DNA from: an uncultured Planctomycetaceae bacterium
Lineage (GTDB): Bacteria; Planctomycetota; Planctomycetia; Isosphaerales; Isosphaeraceae
Assembly: GCA_963833985.1 (NCBI GenBank)
Contig: CAWIAD010000001.1
Location: 800,001-864,000, forward strand
Direction: 5' to 3'
DNA length: 64,000 nt
Numbering within the stretch: the first letter of the stretch is position 1; every line of letters begins with the position of its first letter. Under the pieces are notes generated by a model. That model did not search any database. It was not told the origin of the DNA and saw only the letters and a program-made list of their open reading frames with translations. Both the position numbers and the translations under genes were made by a program. Shown piece by piece: positions 22,104 through 35,999 of this stretch.

Positions 22104-22337
22104 ATGTCCAGGTCATTGCAGCCCGGTGACCGGGTGCGGTGGAATTCTTCGCAAGGCGAGGTCACTGGCAAGGTCCGGAAGAAACTGACCGGGCCGACCG
22201 ACGTCAAGGGACATCACGTCGCGGCCTCACCTGAGAATCCGGAGTTCCTGGTCGAGAGCGAGCAGACCGGCGCCCAGGCCGCGCACAAGCCAGAAGCCTT
22301 GAAGAAGATCCGGAGGAAAAAAGGAGAGAAGTCATGA
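22104..22337 (+). CDS. DUF2945 / HVA1 Tudor-like small protein
   Basis: GDRVRWNSSQG...VAASPENPEFLVESEQTG..AAHKPEAL. Confidence 0.85.
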   Translation: MSRSLQPGDRVRWNSSQGEVTGKVRKKLTGPTDVKGHHVAASPENPEFLVESEQTGAQAAHKPEALKKIRRKKGEKS

Positions 22338-22570
22338 TCCACGATCCGGACCGGGTCGTCGCGGACTTTCGCGCAGGCGTGAACATGACAGCCTGAAAAC
22401 TCGAAACCTGCCTGTAATCGGAAGAATTCAGAAAAGTGGGATCCAGGAAGGACGGCGCGGATGAGTCGGTCGGCCACCGATCGGGGCGCAGCATCGTGGA
22501 GATCTTGAGAAAACCTCCGGCAGATGACGAACAAGGGCATCGAGCATATGGCGAGGGTCTCGAGCCGGGC
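22334..22570 (+). pseudogene. DUF3140-family remnant
   Basis: MIHDPDRVVADFRAGVNMTA*KLETCL*SEEFRKVG...ESVGHRSGRSIVEILRK carries two in-frame stops. ATGA overlap with the DUF2945 gene, a usual partner. Confidence 0.7.
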
Positions 22571-22671
22571 GTTCACGAGCAGCCGGATCGCAAAGCACTG
22601 ATCCCGTGGTGACCGCGTCCGGCCGGCTCCGGGATCAGCGTGAGACGTTCAAGACTGGATCCCAGCTTCTC

Positions 22672-23169
22672 TCAGCCCGGCATGGCGGGGAGCATGTTGC
22701 GGATCGCGGCGATGCGCCAGCCGTCGCTTGCTCGCTTCAAGACGATGGACGTCCACATCACGCGATCCTTGCCGCCGTTGCGTGCTTGCTGCACATAGCG
22801 GCCGTCGGCGATGGCGACGTCGGAGGTGAGCCATCGGACGGATTGCACATCGATCGTACGCCGGGCTGTGTTCTTCCGCGACGACTCGAGCATCCCCTGG
22901 ACAAGCTGCTCCCGTCCTCTCCGCCAGGTCCCGTCCGACACAAGCTGGTCGGCGTCGTGCGTGAAGAGTGCCTCGATGCGACGGGAATCGCTGGCCTCAC
23001 GTGCGTCGACGTAGCGCTGGATCACCAGGCGGACCGCGGCCTCCTGTTCGCGGTCGGCTTGCGCACCCGCGGCCTCGGACACCGAGGTCGCGGCGAGGCA
23101 GGATGTTGCGCTGACACAGGATGTTACGCTGACACAGGATGTTGCGCTGAGGAACTGGCGTCGGTTCAT
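22672..23169 (-). CDS. SnoaL/DUF4440 (NTF2-like) protein with Tat signal
   Basis: MNRRQFL Tat motif; [29 protein letters not shown]. Confidence 0.85.
   Translation of the reverse strand: MNRRQFLSATSCVSVTSCVSATSCLAATSVSEAAGAQADREQEAAVRLVIQRYVDAREASDSRRIEALFTHDADQLVSDGTWRRGREQLVQGMLESSRKNTARRTIDVQSVRWLTSDVAIADGRYVQQARNGGKDRVMWTSIVLKRASDGWRIAAIRNMLPAMPG
23099..23150. repeat. About three copies of an 18-bp tandem repeat within the Tat signal peptide
   Basis: caggatgttgcgctgaca / caggatgttacgctgaca / caggatgttgcgctga, encoding [18 protein letters not shown]. Confidence 0.9.
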
Positions 23170-23279
23170 GGTGATTTCCCAAGCGGGTCGCGGTTCACGG
23201 CCGGCAACAGGCTTCCTGGTCTCGGCATAACGGTTGCAGGGTAGATCCGGAGAGTCTCAACTCTGGAAAGGGGCTATCC

Positions 23280-23471
23280 ATGAAAGTCGATCCCGTCGCC
23301 AGGAAGATGTCTGAAGCCAGTGCAAGCGTGGGCGCTTCCGCTCCGAAGAAGGGTGACAGGTTCCGCTGCGAATCGTGTGGAATGGAGATTGAACTCACCG
23401 CGGATTGCCACTGCAAGAGCGGTGAGCACATTCATTTTGAGTGTTGCGGACAGGATCTCGCCAGGGTCTGA
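23280..23471 (+). CDS. Small Cys/His-rich metal-binding protein (desulforedoxin/Zn-ribbon-like)
   Basis: KKGDRFRCESCGMEIELTADCHC...HIHFECCGQDL. Confidence 0.75.
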   Translation: MKVDPVARKMSEASASVGASAPKKGDRFRCESCGMEIELTADCHCKSGEHIHFECCGQDLARV

Positions 23472-23502
23472 CACCACTTCCGTTTCGAGGGGAGGAGGCA
23501 CC

Positions 23503-23730
23503 ATGCGGTTTGTCCAGGCGGTCCTCTTGCTGGCGTTTCTCGGTGTCGTCGGGCTTTTCGCCGTTCAGAACACCGAGGCGATCACCGTGTCGTTCTGGAA
23601 CTGGAGGACGACCGGGCCCGTGGCGCTGCTGGCGATTGTGGCCTACCTTCTGGGCATGCTCAGCGGTTGGACGGTGGTGTCCTTCTTCACCCGGTCGCTC
23701 CGTGGTGTGTCGGAGCGAAGGACCGATTGA
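23503..23730 (+). CDS. LapA/DUF1049-like two-TM membrane protein
   Basis: GGAGGAGG RBS; FAVQNTEAITVSFWNW followed by a second TM helix. Confidence 0.82.
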   Translation: MRFVQAVLLLAFLGVVGLFAVQNTEAITVSFWNWRTTGPVALLAIVAYLLGMLSGWTVVSFFTRSLRGVSERRTD

Positions 23731-24234
23731 GCTGGTATGGTGCCCCCTGGAGAATGTCCCGGTCCTGTCTCGACCGCGAGTGTGGACGTCGAATCAAGAA
23801 CAATGGACAAACGGACGGCATCGTCCCAGGACGTCGTACGGCGTGTGCGGTTCGGCGCACGCAAGGCCCTGTCAGCTGGTGGTTTGCGCTGCGCTGACCC
23901 ACCCTACGGTCGGCGCGCCATGGCCATTGTGGGACGATGCCAAACGGACCCAATGATTCAAACGCGTAACCCGCTACGGAAAAGTTAGTTGCATCGACGT
24001 TTTCGGAAAACGCGGCGCGCAAACCAACCGATTCTTTTTCGGACTCACGAAGTGTAAGAGAGATCTCCACGGGGCGCTGACCGCCCTCGATTGGAAGGAC
24101 GGGTACAGATCGGTGCAGAGAGTGCGCGGCAGCCCCGGCTGACGGGCATGGGCAGCGATGAAACGCCGAACGGCTGTCCCATGGTGATCGTAGAATCATC
24201 TGGTCCGGGAAGTGCGATGCGGCGTCCGGAGCGC

Positions 24235-24264
24235 TTGACGGGCACGCATGCACTGTTGTAAAAT
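24235..24264 (+). promoter_or_regulatory. Candidate sigma70 promoter for secA
   Basis: TTGACG, 18-nt spacer, TAAAAT, about 60 nt upstream of ATG 24323. Confidence 0.5.
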
Positions 24265-24322
24265 CTATCTCTCAAAAGACTTAGTGCGGCTGAATCAGGA
24301 CTTTCTGCGGGGCGATGCGGCA

Positions 24323-27951
<3,629 letters not shown>

Positions 27952-28345
27952 CCGGCAACGCTGATTCTGGGACGTTCTTTCGGGCCCTCGACCACCCCAC
28001 GGGAACCAGGCCGAGACGCCTCCGGATCCGCCCCTGGCGGGGTCTCCCGGACGTCCTGGGTACCAGGTCCGTCGCGCATAAGTCGATCAGCCTATAGGGG
28101 TTACGAGTTCACGTCCGACCCCTGCCGGGGTGCTATGACAGAGTTCCAGTGGCTGGCTCTGGAATGTGCCATTGAAGCTGCGGCAACCTTTGAGCAGGGC
28201 GAGAGTTGCATCGAGATCGACGGGCTCGGATCGGTCGTCAGCCGGGGAGACGATTCGTCGCGGCGCCGGAGATTGAGGCACGGTTATTGCTGTCTCGACT
28301 GCCGCCGTGACGTTTGCCGATCGGACCGGGAAAGGATTCCCCGCG

Positions 28346-29668
28346 ATGCCCCTCGTCTTGAACTTCGTCTACTTTCTGCTGCTGCTGGTGCTTTCGCCCG
28401 TGCTTCTGTACCGGATGATCCGCTCGGGAAAGTATCGCGAGGGACTCTGGGAGAAGTTTCGGGGCGATGCGCCGCTACGGATTGGCGATCAGCCCTGCCT
28501 CTGGTTTCACGCGGTCAGCGTCGGCGAGGTACTCCTGCTGCGGCCGCTCGTGCAAGAGATGGCCCGCCGGCGTCCCAGCTGGCAGGTCGTGATCTCGACG
28601 ACCACGACAACAGGTCTTGCCGTGGCCCGGCGCACCTTTCCGGACCTGATCACCTTCTACGCACCACTCGACTTCAGCTGGGCGACAGGCCGGGCGATGG
28701 CGCGGATTCGCCCGACGGTGCTGGCGCTTGTGGAGCTGGAGTTATGGCCGAACTTGATCCGGGCGGCCAAATCGGCGGGAGCAAAGGTCGCCATCATCAA
28801 CGCACGGCTGAGCACGCGCAGCTACCGAGGCTATCGCCGGCTGCGTGGTCCCCTGGGAACGACGCTCCGGTGCATCGATTTCGTCGCGGCTCAGAATGAT
28901 GACTATGCCAGCCGGTTCGTGGATCTGGGGATCCCCGGCAACCGAGTGGGCATCACGGGCTCTGTCAAGTTCGACGGCCTGGAGAGTGACCGCAACAACA
29001 CCAGGACCCGCGACTTGCGAAAGGAGCTTGGTCTCTCCACCTCCGACCTGGTGTTCGTGGCGGGAAGCACCATGGAGGGCGAGGAGGCGGCAGCCCTGGC
29101 AGCCTACCGGGTGGCCCGGCTGGAGCATCCGAGCCTGCGCCTGGTGCTGGTTCCACGGCACGCGGAGCGGTTTGACAGCGTGGCTGACTGGCTGTTGAAA
29201 AACGGTGAGACCGTCGTGCGGCGGACCGATCTGGTGGCGGGCAAAGCAGCCGGCACCGCGGGAACCGGACACCGGCCCGCCGTGCTCTTGATAGACACCC
29301 TCGGCGAGCTTGGTGCTGTCTGGGGACTGGCCGATGTCGCGTTCGTGGGGGGCAGCCTGCTGCCGGGCCGTGGCGGCCAGAACATGATGGAGCCGGCCGC
29401 TTACGGAGCCTCGGTGCTATTTGGGCCGCATACTTCCAACTTTCGCGACACCGTCGAGCAGTTGCTCAGGCGTAACGCCGCGTGCCGGGTGGCCAATGCG
29501 GATGAGCTGATGCTCCGGCTCCAGCAAGATCTGGACGACCCGGAATCGGCTGCCACGCGCGGCGCGGCGGGGCGTTCGTTCGTCCTGGCGCAGCACGGGG
29601 CCTCGGGCAGAACCCTGGCGGAGCTGGATCGCCTCGTGGAATCGTCGTTTACCCAAAAGTCGGCTTGA
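28346..29668 (+). CDS. waaA: 3-deoxy-D-manno-octulosonic acid (Kdo) transferase
   Basis: WFHAVSVGE, YAPLD, ELELWPN, NARLS, GSVKFD, AGST, VPRHAERF, DTLGEL, FVGGSL, GGQNMMEPA. Confidence 0.95.
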   Translation: MPLVLNFVYFLLLLVLSPVLLYRMIRSGKYREGLWEKFRGDAPLRIGDQPCLWFHAVSVGEVLLLRPLVQEMARRRPSWQVVISTTTTTGLAVARRTFPDLITFYAPLDFSWATGRAMARIRPTVLALVELELWPNLIRAAKSAGAKVAIINARLSTRSYRGYRRLRGPLGTTLRCIDFVAAQNDDYASRFVDLGIPGNRVGITGSVKFDGLESDRNNTRTRDLRKELGLSTSDLVFVAGSTMEGEEAAALAAYRVARLEHPSLRLVLVPRHAERFDSVADWLLKNGETVVRRTDLVAGKAAGTAGTGHRPAVLLIDTLGELGAVWGLADVAFVGGSLLPGRGGQNMMEPAAYGASVLFGPHTSNFRDTVEQLLRRNAACRVANADELMLRLQQDLDDPESAATRGAAGRSFVLAQHGASGRTLAELDRLVESSFTQKSA

Positions 29669-29804
29669 AGGCGGCTTGCGTTTCGAGTTACGCTCTGGAA
29701 CTCCCTACATCAAGCGGGATCGAGAGCGCGCCGTTGCCTCTCGCCGTGCGGTAGAATTCAAGCCGCCCAACGGCGCCACCTTTAGCGACGACAGGAACAA
29801 CACC

Positions 29805-30185
29805 ATGAGCGACAAAGAACACGAAGCGACCCCCACTCCGAACCCCCAGACTGCGACGACCGAGGTCGTTGTCGATGATTCGAGCACTTTGCCTTCGTAC
29901 TCGAACTTCTGCCGGGTGACCGCGACTCCAGAAGAAGTGATTCTCGATTTCGGCCTGAACCCCCAGCCGTTCGCGACCGGCCGCCAGGACGTGAAGGCCA
30001 ATCAGCGGATCGTGATGAACTTCTACACGGCCAAACGACTGCTGACCGCGCTGGGGATGACGATCCAGCGTCACGAGGGCACGTTTGGATCCATCGAGCT
30101 GGACGTACGCCGGCGTGCGACCGGTTCCCCTCAGTATCCCCAGTCGGGTCCTGGCCGCGTGGTTCCCCAGGGTGTTGTCGAGTGA
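29805..30185 (+). CDS. DUF3467 family protein
   Basis: YSNFCRVTATPEEVILDFG...RIVMNFYTAKRLL.AL...YE/HE..FG.IE pattern. Confidence 0.88.
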   Translation: MSDKEHEATPTPNPQTATTEVVVDDSSTLPSYSNFCRVTATPEEVILDFGLNPQPFATGRQDVKANQRIVMNFYTAKRLLTALGMTIQRHEGTFGSIELDVRRRATGSPQYPQSGPGRVVPQGVVE

Positions 30186-30653
30186 ATGGCCAGGCCAGCC
30201 CGCTGACACACCGCTCCGGAGCAGCACGGGGCGGTCGTCTCCTTCCTTCCCTCTCGGGGTGATCAAGGCAAGGCCCGCACTTTCAGGGCACTTTGATCAC
30301 CTGTTTTCGCCGCCCGACTTCCACATCGCTTTGGCCTTCCCGGCCAGGTCTCCGGCTCGCCGCTGAGCCGCTGGCACCGCACACCATTCTGGCCGCCCTC
30401 CCGCCATCCGTCGCAACGTCAAGGCCGATGATGCCGATTTTTCGGCTTGCGCGGTGGCTTTGACTCATCGCGGCCAAAGGTTCAGCCGATTCTGATGGTA
30501 AGAAACGATCCGCGCGTGCGGATTCTGCCCCGAGTAGGGGTCTTGACAGTTGTTTCGACTCATCAACGAGCGCCACTTGCGCCGATACTGTGACTTGCCG
30601 GGCATCTCGGCCTCGATTCAGGACGGACGAGTCCAGCGATAGGAGATAATGGA

Positions 30654-33600
30654 ATGTCTCAGCCATCCCGAGGACGGGCGCGTGGCCCAGCGAAGCGGCG
30701 GCGGGCGACCAAACTGGAAACTCCCACTTTGCTGGAGCCTCGCTGTCTTCTGGCTCCATACGTGTCGGTCTTCCCGGTCACGGCCACCTTCACCGCGGCC
30801 ACCGCGCCCACCACGAATGCGGACCTGGGCACGATCACGGTGGCACAGAATACAACGGCGACCAATATCCAGACCGCCGCACCGATCACCTCGGTGTCCG
30901 AGTTGTCGCCGCTCTCCTCGTTCGGGGGCGACATCGTGCGGCTCAAGGCCGGGCCGGGCGGCGTCTTCGGCAACGGGCTGTACGCGATCTCGCGCGGCAG
31001 CGGGGGGAACACGAGCGCCGTCAACCGGCCGGGCGTCATCTACCGCGTCGACACGGCCACGGGCAAGGCCAGTGTCTTCTTCGATCTGAACACCGTGCTC
31101 AACCAGATTGACCCGAATGCCCTGGCTACTGACGGCACGAATCCGGCGGCCAACTCCATGGGCAGCTCGACGGGGCTGGTCAACTGGTACGATATCGCCT
31201 TCGATGCGGAAGGAAACTTCAACGGCAGTCCGGTGATGTTCGTCAGCAGCGTGGATCGATCCGATCCGTCCAAGAATGCGATCTTCATGATCTCTCCCAG
31301 CGGTCAATTCCTGGGTGCGTTCGTGATGATGACCGACGGCCTGGCGGCAACGAAGTTCAACATCAATCCGACGGCAATGACCGTTCCCGGACCGCAGGAC
31401 CAGGCCTTCCTGCGCGGCTTGCTGGCCGGCAGTGGAATCAGCACGACCGGCGGCACGTTCGCGGCGCTTTACTTCAACGCCAACGCCTATTCTCCGGGCC
31501 AGGTCATCAGCAACTCCACGCTGCCGAAGGGCGTCTCGCAGACCGGGCTGACAGCCGGAACGATTGTGGGATTGACGACGTCCAACGCCGATTACACCTC
31601 GCCTGTCTACTCGGCATTCACCGACTTCGGAACTCCAGCGGCCGGCGGGATTCCGGCCACCCCCGGCGATAGCGGCGTGCAAGGATCCACTACCGGTCAG
31701 CTGCTCATCGGGTCCGGGCTGCCGGCCACGACGACGTCGCTGACGATCGACCAGACCGGCCAGGTCAGCACCCAGTTGCGGCGGCTCGAGGACATTGCAT
31801 TCGACCAGTACGGCTACTTCTCGCAGAGCGTCGGGTTGACCTCCACAACCACGACCAGCACGACCACGGGAGCCTCCACGACGGCGTACACCGTGACCCT
31901 ACCGACCATCTCGGCGGGCAGCGTCTTCGTCAGCGATCTCGCTTCGGGTATCTCCCAGTCGGTGACGTTGACATCGGTGGCTGAGGGCGACATTCCCGCG
32001 GGAGTCGCCGTGACGGGAACAGTTCCCGTCGACGGGCCAACCATCGTCGGGCTTCAGAAGCAAAACCCGAGCGCTCCGTACAACGCCGCGACCAACCCAC
32101 TGGTGATCGTCTACACGCTCGAGAGCGTAAGCCCGCTGCTGGGTGGTCGAGTCGTCCGGATCACACCGTCGGGGGTCATGACCAACTTCGCGCAGGGTTT
32201 TGACGTTTCGCCCGCGACCGATGCGACCAGCTTCATCAATTCGGAGCTGTCGATCACATTCTCGGCCGACGGCACCACGCTCTTCGCCTCGGACGGCCAG
32301 GGAGTCTGGCAGTTCAAGACGACAGCCAGCCTGGCCGGCTCCAGCACGGGAACCTTGATTGGCCTGAACGACCTGCGCACCCTGGCGGTTCCCTACGACG
32401 GTCTGGGCAGCGCCGTGGCCGTGATTGACACCGGCGTGGATGGTCAGTCGCCGCCCTTCCGCGGCCGCGTCACCACCGGAACAAACATCTGGACGGGAGG
32501 CCCGGGCAACCAGGACCTGGCGGCAAACGCCAGCACCACGGCCGGCGGTGCGGGCGGAGCCGGCGGTGCTGGTGGAGCCGGTGGAGCCGGTGGAGCCGGT
32601 GGCGCAGGGCAAGTCCTGGCTAACACTTACGACGGACACGGGACTCCGGTCGCGGGAGTGGTGGCCCAGTTCGTGCCGCAAGCAACCATCGTTCCGGTGA
32701 CGATCTTCGCACCGTTTGTGGGAACGGTCACTCTCACGTCCGGCGGCGGGACGACCGGCGGAACGGGAACCACCACCGGACTGTCGGCGACTTCCAATGC
32801 CTTGACCACCAGCCAGGCGGTTTACCAGGGCTTGCAGTACGTCGCCAACCATCCCTACGTGAATGACCCGGTCCGCACCGGCAAGGTCAGTCGCGTCATC
32901 GCCACAACTCTGGCCTTTGGCACGACGTCGACGTTCACCAGCGAGTACACGGCCTACAAGACGTATCCCCAGATCGTCATCGCACTGAAGAACCAGTTGC
33001 ACCGGCTGCGCAAGCTGAGCATCGCCCCCATTGCGGCCTCCGGACAGTTCGGCGCACCGCTGGGCGCCTCGGGTACGGCGGGCGCCGGAGGCACCGGCAC
33101 CACCGGGACCGCGACGACCACCGGCGGCTTCAACGCCTCGAATAATGCCTCGCTGGGCGATGTGAATGGGATGTCGTTGCCGGCTGTGCTCAATGAGGTC
33201 ATCTCGGTGACCGGAACCTATCCCTTCCCGTTCTCAACCAGCCCATCGACGACTCCCAATGATCCGGTGATCAGCGTCATCCCGAACCTGCTGGGTCCCC
33301 TGCTGGTCTTCGGAAACGCCCTCACCCTGGGCGGCACGGCCGGCACGACCGGAGGCGCCGGAGGAGGAGGAGGAGCCGCGGGCGGTGGCGGAGGCACCAC
33401 GGCTGGGGCCACGGGCGTCTCCGCGAACGTGACCACGTTCACTGCGGCCGACACGCTCATGTACGCCGACCGGATCACCTCCGCGGCCAATCGCAGCCCG
33501 ACGACCGACTTCGCCGCACCGGCGATCGACGTCCCCACATTCCGGCGCACTTTCTCGCTGACGAACACGACGACCGGCACCGCCACGAGCGCCGCGGGTG

Positions 33601-35585
33601 ATCCGCTCAACCACCTGACCTTCACCCAGGTCGGCACCTCGATGTCGTCGGCGATCGTGACCGGGGCCTACTCCATGGTCGCCTCGGCCCTGAACTACTG
33701 GATCAGCCTCAGCCAGGCCAACGGCGTTACCTCGGATGCTTATCTCACCACGCCGGTCGGCGTCGACTCCCTGAACTTCGGGGCGCACGCGATCAAGAAC
33801 TTGCAGGCCTTCAACACTCCCGACGGGATCAACGGCATCCTGGCCTACACGGCCGTGCCCGCGGCCGACGTCAACGATGGCGGCTCGATCTCCACTCCGC
33901 CGCTGGTTGCCACCACCGACCGGCAACACCACTTTATCGGCAGCACCTCGCCGCCCTCCTACGCCCGCGTCTCGATAGGTAATGCCATCGCCTCGGTCGA
34001 AGGCACGATCGCGATCAACTACCTGCTGGCGCACAATGACTTCCCGCTCATCGACACCAACGGCGACGGGATCATCACGGCGCAGGAAATCCAGAACTTC
34101 ACCGACACGGCTGCCACCAAGGGCCTGGCCGAGGCCGGTGCCATGGCAGCCCTGCTGGGCGGCACGTCCACCTACGCCCAACCCCAGCCGGGAATCAACA
34201 ACACCGTCTACAACGAGAACCCGGACCAGCCGTCGGCACTCCAGCGCCGGTTCAACTACTTCGACTACATCGCCAACGGCACGCTTCAGGGCGGCATCAG
34301 CATCAACTCCTTCAAGATGCTGGCCAACACCCTGCTGCCCCAGCCCGACTCGTATGTGATCGTGGACCGGCAGCGCGCCTCCGCCAACGGCTTCCTGGTG
34401 GCTCCGCTGGCCGTGCGCAACTTCGTGAATCTCCAGCATCTCCTGCCCAAGTACGAGTTCGTGCCGCCCTCGGCGATCATGAAGTACCGCAACGTCTCGC
34501 CCCTGCGGTTCGGGGTCGCGCTCAACCAGACACCCGGCTCTGCCCTGCCGTTCTACGCCTTGTTCGGTGGCGGTACCGGCCCTGCCTTGACGACAGGGAC
34601 ACCTGTGGTCCGCACCGGCGTCGTCAATGGACAGAGCTTCTCGGTGTCCATGGTCCCGATCGTGGCCGCGGCTTCGACCACCACGTCGACCGGTTCCACC
34701 ACCACATCGACAACGCCTGCAACCGGCACAACGGCCAGCACGACGGGAACCAGCGGGACATCGGTAGGGGCGATCGCCGCGCCCGGCAGCTCGGCCGTTG
34801 CCACCGGCAACGCAGCCACCGCCGGCTCAGGCAACGGCAATGGCAGCACGACCTCCACGGCGGGCGGATCCACCGTCGCCACCAGCAGCTCCACGGTGGC
34901 AACGGGCACGGCATCGACCCAAACGACGACAGGATCAACCTCCGGCGGCACGAACGCGAGCACGATCCAGGCCATTGTGGCCGCGGTCACTCAAGCGATC
35001 AACAATCCAGGCACGTCCTCGTCCAGCCCCAATAGCCTGATGCCAGCCGGGACCCTGACGCCCACAACGACTACCACCACCAGCACGTCGTCTTCGACGA
35101 CACCAGCAAGCTCCACGAACTCAAGCGGCACAACGGGAACGACGTCATCCAGCGCGAGCACCACCGCAGCGTCCGGATCGACAGCCTCGACCGCCGGGTC
35201 CGGATCGACCGCTTCGACCACCGGGTCGACAGGGACTGCGAGCTCGACACCCGCCTCCACGGCCCCGGCAGTGCCACTGGCCTATTCCTCGACCGCGGTG
35301 GCGAGCACGAGCGGCACGCCAAGTCCCGGTGTCAGCAGCAGTACTGGCGCGACGGGGACAACCGGTGGGACAAGCAACTCGAATGCCGCAAGCCCGCCCG
35401 TGCCCACCGTGACTCCCATGCTGGTGGCATCGACGGCACAAACGGCGGCGAGCAACCCGACCACGCCCCTCCAGGCGGCCGTTTCCAACCAGAAACAGGC
35501 CATCCGCCTGGCCGCGCTCCAGAGGGCGGCCAGGAAGAAGCCGGACTTCTGGAGCAGGCTCTGGAAGAACGTCAAGAAGATCTGA
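30654..35585 (+). CDS. Large secreted subtilase (S8)-like protein with EF-hand-like motif and Thr/Ser/Gly-rich tail
   Basis: Planctomycete export motif (LLEPRCLLA); triad VAVIDTG / HGTPVAG / GTSMSS; DTNGDGIITAQE; ~250-aa T/S-rich region; basic aromatic C-terminus. Confidence 0.82.
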   Translation: MSQPSRGRARGPAKRRRATKLETPTLLEPRCLLAPYVSVFPVTATFTAATAPTTNADLGTITVAQNTTATNIQTAAPITSVSELSPLSSFGGDIVRLKAGPGGVFGNGLYAISRGSGGNTSAVNRPGVIYRVDTATGKASVFFDLNTVLNQIDPNALATDGTNPAANSMGSSTGLVNWYDIAFDAEGNFNGSPVMFVSSVDRSDPSKNAIFMISPSGQFLGAFVMMTDGLAATKFNINPTAMTVPGPQDQAFLRGLLAGSGISTTGGTFAALYFNANAYSPGQVISNSTLPKGVSQTGLTAGTIVGLTTSNADYTSPVYSAFTDFGTPAAGGIPATPGDSGVQGSTTGQLLIGSGLPATTTSLTIDQTGQVSTQLRRLEDIAFDQYGYFSQSVGLTSTTTTSTTTGASTTAYTVTLPTISAGSVFVSDLASGISQSVTLTSVAEGDIPAGVAVTGTVPVDGPTIVGLQKQNPSAPYNAATNPLVIVYTLESVSPLLGGRVVRITPSGVMTNFAQGFDVSPATDATSFINSELSITFSADGTTLFASDGQGVWQFKTTASLAGSSTGTLIGLNDLRTLAVPYDGLGSAVAVIDTGVDGQSPPFRGRVTTGTNIWTGGPGNQDLAANASTTAGGAGGAGGAGGAGGAGGAGGAGQVLANTYDGHGTPVAGVVAQFVPQATIVPVTIFAPFVGTVTLTSGGGTTGGTGTTTGLSATSNALTTSQAVYQGLQYVANHPYVNDPVRTGKVSRVIATTLAFGTTSTFTSEYTAYKTYPQIVIALKNQLHRLRKLSIAPIAASGQFGAPLGASGTAGAGGTGTTGTATTTGGFNASNNASLGDVNGMSLPAVLNEVISVTGTYPFPFSTSPSTTPNDPVISVIPNLLGPLLVFGNALTLGGTAGTTGGAGGGGGAAGGGGGTTAGATGVSANVTTFTAADTLMYADRITSAANRSPTTDFAAPAIDVPTFRRTFSLTNTTTGTATSAAGDPLNHLTFTQVGTSMSSAIVTGAYSMVASALNYWISLSQANGVTSDAYLTTPVGVDSLNFGAHAIKNLQAFNTPDGINGILAYTAVPAADVNDGGSISTPPLVATTDRQHHFIGSTSPPSYARVSIGNAIASVEGTIAINYLLAHNDFPLIDTNGDGIITAQEIQNFTDTAATKGLAEAGAMAALLGGTSTYAQPQPGINNTVYNENPDQPSALQRRFNYFDYIANGTLQGGISINSFKMLANTLLPQPDSYVIVDRQRASANGFLVAPLAVRNFVNLQHLLPKYEFVPPSAIMKYRNVSPLRFGVALNQTPGSALPFYALFGGGTGPALTTGTPVVRTGVVNGQSFSVSMVPIVAAASTTTSTGSTTTSTTPATGTTASTTGTSGTSVGAIAAPGSSAVATGNAATAGSGNGNGSTTSTAGGSTVATSSSTVATGTASTQTTTGSTSGGTNASTIQAIVAAVTQAINNPGTSSSSPNSLMPAGTLTPTTTTTTSTSSSTTPASSTNSSGTTGTTSSSASTTAASGSTASTAGSGSTASTTGSTGTASSTPASTAPAVPLAYSSTAVASTSGTPSPGVSSSTGATGTTGGTSNSNAASPPVPTVTPMLVASTAQTAASNPTTPLQAAVSNQKQAIRLAALQRAARKKPDFWSRLWKNVKKI
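32541..32609. repeat. 9-bp coding tandem repeat (ggtggagcc-like) encoding (GGA)n
   Basis: gccggcggtgcgggcggagccggcggtgctggtggagccggtggagccggtggagccggtggcgca. Confidence 0.8.
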
Positions 35586-35587
35586 CC

Positions 35588-35612
35588 CGCCTGGTGGAGC
35601 ATCCACCAGGCG
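35588..35612 (+). terminator. Hairpin immediately after the stop of the large S8 gene
   Basis: cgcctggtgga-gca-tccaccaggcg, perfect 11-bp stem, no U tract. Confidence 0.5.
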
Positions 35613-35634
35613 TGAGGAAGTGTGAACGAGCCAG

Positions 35635-35677
35635 CGGCCCTTGTCTCCGCGACGGAGACAAGGGCCGACTCTTTTCT
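35635..35677 (+). terminator. Rho-independent terminator
   Basis: cggcccttgtctccg-cga-cggagacaagggccg, perfect 15-bp stem followed by actcttttct. Confidence 0.75.
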
Positions 35678-35999
35678 GGAGCAGTTCGTGATGAGGCTGT
35701 TTGAACGCGCACAAGGTCCCGTGCAGGAGCTGGCGACGGCTGACTGCCCGACCATGCCGTCGCTGAAGAGGAGGGTGCACCTCGCATCGCGGTTCTCGGA
35801 TCGGATCGGGATGCTGGGCACTCCCGTGCGATTGAGGAGACAGCGAGCTGCGGTTTGGGCGCTCCCTTGAGATCAATGAACCACAGAAGCAGACTGTGCC
35901 GGGCGGCAAGGGCGTGTAAGCCTGCCGGTACCATGCAAGAGAGAGCGGCCTGTGTGCGTCACCGTGGAAGTCAGCCGGGTTGTATGAGCCGAGCTTGCG

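Noticed and set aside
23740..24230. Structured RNA or gene in the long intergenic region before secA (also 27960-28300 and 2170-2740)
   Set aside because: No recognisable riboswitch or ncRNA motif and no convincing ORF by eye; an Rfam/Infernal scan would be needed.
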